A program made the translations under genes and the position numbers. Source: Afipia sp. (GTDB lineage: Bacteria > Pseudomonadota > Alphaproteobacteria > Rhizobiales > Xanthobacteraceae). Taken from it: a DNA stretch of 64,000 nucleotides. The notes under the pieces are model-generated. The model was not told where the DNA came from and searched no databases. It saw nothing but the letters and a program-made list of their open reading frames with translations. This document shows positions 59,195 to 64,000 of the stretch, one piece after another. The stretch spans positions 605,617-669,616 of the forward strand of contig JACQDM010000001.1 in NCBI GenBank assembly GCA_016201045.1. Reading direction: 5' to 3'. Numbering within the stretch: position 1 is the stretch's first letter; the number at the start of each line of letters is the position of its first letter.

Positions 59195-59294
59195 AAATGC
59201 CCGATGCCCTTTTGCGAAAAAGCGGCTGCGAACCGGCGGCATATAAGGAGCCGTGCAAATGCCTGTCAAGCAACGGCAGGCGTCCGCCAGGCGC

Positions 59295-59666
59295 TCATTT
59301 CGGCCGGATTGTCGGATCGCCGCCGGGGCTTCCTGGCGGAGGAATGACAGGCATTTTCCCGACATTCGGCGCAGGCGCATGCATCTGCGGATCGACATTC
59401 GGCGGCGGGCAGAGAACCCCGTCGGACTTCGCCAATTTATCGCCGAGCGGCTCGGTGGCCTGACCCGTCGTTGTGTCGCGGGGCGCGATGGTGCCGTCAT
59501 CTGGCATGGCCCGCGTCGGTGCGCAATTCTGTGCTCCGCTGCGCTCGATATTCGGCGGCGCTGTTTCAGGCGCCGGCGTCTTCAGCGTGGGAGGCGCCTG
59601 TGCGAACGCACTGCCAGCACTGGTCAGCAGCAAAGCCATCGCCACGAATTTCAGTTTCATCTGCAT
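59295..59666 (-). CDS. Secreted Pro-rich hypothetical protein
   Basis: Signal peptide ending AFA-Q, L...L.KSDGVLCPP..VDP.M, C-terminal PGSPGG. Confidence 0.75.
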   Translation of the reverse strand: MQMKLKFVAMALLLTSAGSAFAQAPPTLKTPAPETAPPNIERSGAQNCAPTRAMPDDGTIAPRDTTTGQATEPLGDKLAKSDGVLCPPPNVDPQMHAPAPNVGKMPVIPPPGSPGGDPTIRPK

Positions 59667-59674
59667 GGGAACTT

Positions 59675-59699
59675 AACGGCTTGAAAGCACCGATGTTCC
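59675..59699 (-). promoter_or_regulatory. sigma-EcfG (general stress) promoter
   Basis: GGAAC-N17-GTT on the minus strand, ending 9 nt before the 59666 ATG. Confidence 0.6.
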
Positions 59700-59715
59700 C
59701 TGCGGCCAAATCGCG

Positions 59716-60354
59716 CTAGCTCTTGCGATAACGGATCAGCGAGAAATGCCCCATCGGCGGCATCGGGCGGCGTTCGACCAGCGTTGCTCCGCCGTGTTTT
59801 GCGGCCCAGTTCACAAGCCGATCCCATGGAAATTCCGGCCGCCAGCCGAGCCTGCGTGCAAGCGGCGCGAAACCGAGTTCGAAAATTTTCCGCGGGCCGC
59901 TTTCCGCGCCGATGTGATTGACGAGGATCAATTCGCCGCCGGGTTTCAGCACGCGCATGAAATCGTCGAGCGTCGCTTCGGGATCTGGAACCGCGGTGAT
60001 GACATATTGCGCAACAACCGCATCGAACGAATGGTCGGGGAACGCGAGATTCTTCGCATCCATCACCGAGAGCGTTTCGACATTGGTCAGATTGAGCGCC
60101 CGGACCCGCTCCTGCGCTTTGCGCAGCATCGGTTCGGAAATATCGACGCCGTGCAATTTCGTTGCACGCGAATAGTCCGACAGCGACAGTCCGGTACCTA
60201 CGCCGACATCGAGAATGCGCCCGCCGATGGCGTCTGCGACCGCGATAGTCGACTTTCGGCCTTCGTCGAAGACCTTGCCGAAGACCATGTCGTAGATCGG
60301 AGCCCACGCGGCATAAGCCTTCGCCACCCCGGCGCGGTTGATGTCCTCTGCCAT
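59716..60354 (-). CDS. Phospholipid (phosphatidylethanolamine) N-methyltransferase, Rhodobacter-type
   Basis: Y..WAPIYD.VFG, ILDVGVGTG, GVDISEPML, MDA..L.FPD..FD.V, RVLKPGG. Confidence 0.8.
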   Translation of the reverse strand: MAEDINRAGVAKAYAAWAPIYDMVFGKVFDEGRKSTIAVADAIGGRILDVGVGTGLSLSDYSRATKLHGVDISEPMLRKAQERVRALNLTNVETLSVMDAKNLAFPDHSFDAVVAQYVITAVPDPEATLDDFMRVLKPGGELILVNHIGAESGPRKIFELGFAPLARRLGWRPEFPWDRLVNWAAKHGGATLVERRPMPPMGHFSLIRYRKS

Positions 60355-60358
60355 GCTG

Positions 60359-61537
60359 CTAACCGGCGACGGTCTCGCGAGCAGCCAACGGCGAGCGCTC
60401 GGCCTTTGGCGATGCACTCTTGATAAAGCCGCCGCCAAGCACGCGCGCCTGCCCTGATGGCGCGTCGTAGAATACGCAAGCCTGACCGGGTGATACGCCC
60501 TCTTCGCCATCGACAAATTCGACAACATACTCGCCGCCGATCTTGCGCAGCCATGCTGGCCGCTGAGGCCGGGTCGAGCGGACCTTGACGAAAATTTCCA
60601 GACCGTTCGCGATCGCTTTGTCGAGCGCCCCGTCTCCGATCCAGTTGATGTCGCGCAGTTCGATGGTCCTGACGCTCAGCGCCTCTCGCGGTCCAACCAC
60701 CACGCGGCGCGTGTCCGCATCGAGGCGCACAACGTAGAGCGGCGCACTCGCAGCGATACCGATACCGCGCCGCTGGCCGATGGTGAAATTGACGATGCCG
60801 TGGTGCTGGCCGAGAATCTTGCCGTCGAGATCGACGATGTCGCCGGGCGCAAGCGCGTTCGGCTTCAGACGCTCGATCACTTCGGTGTAGCGCCCGGTCG
60901 GCACAAAGCAGATGTCCTGACTGTCATGCTTATCCGCTACCGACAGTCCGAAGCGGCGCGCAAGTTCGCGGGTCTGCGCCTTGGTCATGTCGCCCAACGG
61001 AAAGCGAACGTCGGCAAGTTGATCCTGCGTCGTCGCGAACAGGAAGTAACTCTGATCCCTGTCGGCGTCGGCTGCACACAGCAGCGACCGGGATCCATCG
61101 CTCAGACGGCGCGATGCAACGTAGTGCCCGGTCGCCAATGCCTTGGCGCCGAGTTCGCGCGCAGTCGACAAGAGATCGCGAAACTTGATCGAGCGGTTGC
61201 ATTCGATGCACGGCACCGGCGTTTCACCGTGAACATAACTCTCGGCAAAGCTCTCGATGACGGATTCGCGGAAGCGGTCTTCGTAATCCAGTACGTAGTG
61301 AGGAATGCCGATGCGGGCGGCGACGTCGCGCGCGTCGTGAATGTCCTGTCCCGCGCAGCAGGCACCCTTGCGGTGCGTCGCTTCGCCGTGATCGTACAAT
61401 TGCAGCGTCACGCCGACGACGTCGTAGCCTTCGGACTTCAGAAGCGCAGCCGTCGTCGAGGAATCGACGCCGCCGGACATGGCGACGACGACCCGCGTAT
61501 CTTCCGGCCGGCCCTCAAGATCGAGGCTGTTGAGCAT
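60359..61537 (-). CDS. mnmA: tRNA 2-thiouridine(34) synthase
   Basis: [49 protein letters not shown]. Confidence 0.97.
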   Translation of the reverse strand: MLNSLDLEGRPEDTRVVVAMSGGVDSSTTAALLKSEGYDVVGVTLQLYDHGEATHRKGACCAGQDIHDARDVAARIGIPHYVLDYEDRFRESVIESFAESYVHGETPVPCIECNRSIKFRDLLSTARELGAKALATGHYVASRRLSDGSRSLLCAADADRDQSYFLFATTQDQLADVRFPLGDMTKAQTRELARRFGLSVADKHDSQDICFVPTGRYTEVIERLKPNALAPGDIVDLDGKILGQHHGIVNFTIGQRRGIGIAASAPLYVVRLDADTRRVVVGPREALSVRTIELRDINWIGDGALDKAIANGLEIFVKVRSTRPQRPAWLRKIGGEYVVEFVDGEEGVSPGQACVFYDAPSGQARVLGGGFIKSASPKAERSPLAARETVAG

Positions 61538-61658
61538 GGTTCGGACAATCCCAGTTGTGGCGGCATGACGCCGCCTCCAACCGCTACGCTTGAATGATGG
61601 CCTTTATTATAGAGCCGCTCCCCGTGAAGCAATCGACCCCTGAGGGCCGGGAAACAGG

Positions 61659-61691
61659 GGGAAAATCTTGCCGCCGGGCAGAAACACGCCG
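61659..61691. promoter_or_regulatory. Two ftr-like (FlbD enhancer) elements
   Basis: GGGAAAATCTTGCCG and GGGCAGAAACACGCCG, partial matches to the GGCA-N-TTGCCG dyad, ~100-130 nt upstream of the sigma54 start. Confidence 0.4.
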
Positions 61692-61723
61692 GCCGAAAAC
61701 GCCCAAAATCATCCTCATCGCTC

Positions 61724-61736
61724 AATCAAGACATTG
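61724..61736 (+). promoter_or_regulatory. IHF binding site
   Basis: AATCAAGACATTG, exact match to WATCAANNNNTTR, between the enhancer and the sigma54 site. Confidence 0.65.
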
Positions 61737-61766
61737 AAATTACTTATCTTTTCTGAGTACAGGCGA

Positions 61767-61782
61767 TGGCCCGGTCCTTGCT
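61767..61782 (+). promoter_or_regulatory. sigma54 (-24/-12) promoter of fliK-flgD
   Basis: TGGCCCGGTCCTTGCT versus TGGCACGNNNNTTGCW (1 mismatch). Confidence 0.75.
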
Positions 61783-61817
61783 GAAGTCTTGGTGCGTATC
61801 ACCGTGAAAGGCCACCC

Positions 61818-63656
61818 GTGTTCCGAGTCAGCCCAGAAACAGCCGCCTCCGCAGCCTCCCTCAACGCGCGGACCAAACAGACCCGTTCGCAGCCGTCGGA
61901 TTCCGATGGCTTTTCGGCACTTGTCGACAGCAACGCGCCGAACAATTCGCGCGATGCGGCACCGGCAACCGATGCGCAGCCGCAACGGCTGGACGGCGGC
62001 GATACCCCTTCAAAAGCCGACAACCGCCCCGATACGCGCACCGACAGCCAAGCCGATGGCAGCGGCAAGCGGACACTGAAATCGTCCAAGGCCGACTCAA
62101 AGGCCGCCCCGAAGGACGGTACGCAGACCGGCGTGAAAACCAATTCAAAGACCGTTTCCAAGGCCGGAGCCAAAACTGAAATCAGCGCTGCGACCGCTGT
62201 CTCCGCGGACACGACCGACTTGCAGACGGCAACCGACATTACCACAACCGCGACGCTTCCAGATCAAACGGCTCAGGCTGTCACCGGCGACGTCAAGCTG
62301 ACCGCCGATGCAACGGCTGCGATCGCGCAGGTCGTCGGCGTTTCTAAGGACGGGGCGGGTTCGACGACCGACGACAAATCCAAGGACTCCAATTCGACGG
62401 ATGCGGCAGCGCCAGAAGTTGCCGTTGTCGCCGATGCGACCGCGATCGTTGCAGTCATCGTTCCTGTCGTAGCAGTTCCAAACGGCCAGACTGCGGCGAT
62501 CAAGCCTGCGACCGATGACGCAATCAGCGGCATCAAGCCCGCGACAATTCAGGCCCCAGCGACGACCGCTGCCGCAGCAGATTTCGTGTCCGCGACTGAC
62601 GGCGTCCAAACCAAAGCGGACGCAAAGACCGATACGTCGGCTACAGCTTTGAATACGGCTGTTCAGAACGATGCTCCGGCCACGGCATCGGACGCAACGA
62701 CTCTTGCAGCCAAGGTAACGGCCCCAACGACCAATGCGGAAGCCGCAACGGCGGTGCAAGCGTCCGCCCAAACGGTCGTGACCGATGAAGCGATTCCGGC
62801 AGACACGACGGATGCGCCCGTTGATTTCGCCAAGCCAGCTTCCACCGTCAAGCCGAAGGCCGCTCCTATCGCAACGGCGACCGAAAAAACGGCGCTTACC
62901 GACTCCGATGCCAAGACTGACGCTGTTCAGACTTCATCATTCACGGGTCAAACTGCCGAGACGGCGAAGCCGCATGGTACGGAACACGCCAAGGCGGACA
63001 CCGACAAGGTTTCGGCGCAGCCCGACAAGGCCGATGCCACACCGTCCGACACAAAGCCGGCAACTGCGCATGCAGCTGCCGCACCGGCACCTGCCGATCA
63101 CCGCGCCCCCGCGGTCCGTTCGACCGACATCAATCTTCCGCCGGTGCAGACCCAGCAGACGCAGCCTCTACAGAACCCGCAACCGAATCTCACCGTCACT
63201 CCCGCTCAGATCAATACGACGCTGGCAAACACGCCCGTGCCGGTCAGCGGCCTTGCCGTCGATATCGCACTCAAAGCTGCAGGCGGTTCGAGCCGTTTCG
63301 ACATTCGTCTGGATCCGGCAGAACTCGGCCGCATCGATGTCCGTCTCGATGTCGACAAGCACGGCAACGTGACCTCGCATCTGACGGTCGAGAAGCCGGC
63401 CACGCTCGACATGTTGCGGCAGGACGCGCCGAAGCTGCAGCAGGCGCTTGAAGATGCGGGTCTCAAAACCGGAGATAGCGGGTTGCAGTTCAGCCTGCGC
63501 GACCAGTCATCCGGCCGCAACGACAACAACGACGGATCGGGCCGCAATTCGCATCGCCTGATCGTTTCGGAAGACGACACCGTGCCCGCGCAGATCGCCG
63601 GGCAAACCTACGGACGCGGGCTCGCATCGAGCAGCGGCGTCGACATCAGGGTTTGA
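61818..63656 (+). CDS. fliK: Flagellar hook-length control protein
   Basis: Long Ala/Thr/Asp-rich low-complexity N-terminus, C-terminal T3S4 domain RLDPAELGRIDVRL...LQQALEDAGL...LQFSL; precedes flgD. Confidence 0.9.
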   Translation: MFRVSPETAASAASLNARTKQTRSQPSDSDGFSALVDSNAPNNSRDAAPATDAQPQRLDGGDTPSKADNRPDTRTDSQADGSGKRTLKSSKADSKAAPKDGTQTGVKTNSKTVSKAGAKTEISAATAVSADTTDLQTATDITTTATLPDQTAQAVTGDVKLTADATAAIAQVVGVSKDGAGSTTDDKSKDSNSTDAAAPEVAVVADATAIVAVIVPVVAVPNGQTAAIKPATDDAISGIKPATIQAPATTAAAADFVSATDGVQTKADAKTDTSATALNTAVQNDAPATASDATTLAAKVTAPTTNAEAATAVQASAQTVVTDEAIPADTTDAPVDFAKPASTVKPKAAPIATATEKTALTDSDAKTDAVQTSSFTGQTAETAKPHGTEHAKADTDKVSAQPDKADATPSDTKPATAHAAAAPAPADHRAPAVRSTDINLPPVQTQQTQPLQNPQPNLTVTPAQINTTLANTPVPVSGLAVDIALKAAGGSSRFDIRLDPAELGRIDVRLDVDKHGNVTSHLTVEKPATLDMLRQDAPKLQQALEDAGLKTGDSGLQFSLRDQSSGRNDNNDGSGRNSHRLIVSEDDTVPAQIAGQTYGRGLASSSGVDIRV

Positions 63657-63666
63657 GGAGACAGTC

Positions 63667-64000
63667 ATGGCGATAGATGCAACCATGCCGACGGCGGTTA
63701 CGTCCGCAGCAGCGGCGGCGACCAGCAGCACCAGCACGACCAGCACCACGAGTTCGAACTCGACCACGGGTCTTGCGAATAACTTCCAGACCTTTCTGAC
63801 GCTGCTGACCACGCAGCTGCAGAATCAGAACCCGCTCGACCCGCTCGATACCAATCAATTCACCGCGCAGCTCGTGCAGTTCGCGCAGGTCGAACAGCAA
63901 TTAAAGGCGAACGACCAGCTCACTTCGCTCGTTGCGCTGCAAAAGACCGCGCAATCGACGCAGGCGCTCAATTTCGTGGGCTCGACCGTCGCTGTCGATG
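63667..64000 (+). CDS. flgD: Flagellar hook assembly protein FlgD (runs off the window)
   Basis: FLTLLTTQLQNQNPLDPLDTNQFTAQLVQFAQVEQ read by hand; SD GAGGAG; absent from the track because it has no stop in the window. Confidence 0.95.
   Translation, partial: MAIDATMPTAVTSAAAAATSSTSTTSTTSSNSTTGLANNFQTFLTLLTTQLQNQNPLDPLDTNQFTAQLVQFAQVEQQLKANDQLTSLVALQKTAQSTQALNFVGSTVAVD

Noticed and set aside
63700-63780. Short ACCAGC-type tandem repeats
   Set aside because: They simply encode the Ser/Thr-rich N-terminal linker of FlgD
1-64000. CRISPR array, IS, prophage, integron or rRNA genes
   Set aside because: No regularly spaced direct repeats and no transposase, integrase, cas or phage motifs among the ORFs; the repeats seen are isolated REP-like palindromes

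Overview
This is high-GC alphaproteobacterial chromosomal DNA that looks like Bradyrhizobiaceae/Afipia (fused fbcH, fused trpE(G), REP-like palindromes). Most of it is core genome: mutY-dciA-dsbA-smc, apt-trpE(G), the bc1 complex, trmL-queE-queD-hemF, cca, a MoxR operon, aceA with a RamB-type regulator, fadEAB, tRNA-Met, mnmA and fliK-flgD. I found no transposase, integrase, phage genes, rRNA or CRISPR array. The most unusual stretch is 12.66-14.86 kb. It holds an unannotated trpL leader peptide and attenuator, a ~470-nt ORF-less, multi-helix element behind its own strong sigma70-like promoter (candidate large structured ncRNA or non-autonomous element), three REP-like palindromes and a low-GC orphan membrane gene. 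Other leads are a Zur-like box plus a DUF2946 CXXC/RAPP leader gene in front of a ZnuD-like TonB receptor, an intact plus degenerate ParA/MinD-like ATPase pair, and a duplicated OMP pair sharing a 30-bp upstream motif. All family calls come from motif recognition by eye; no database searches or folding programs were run.
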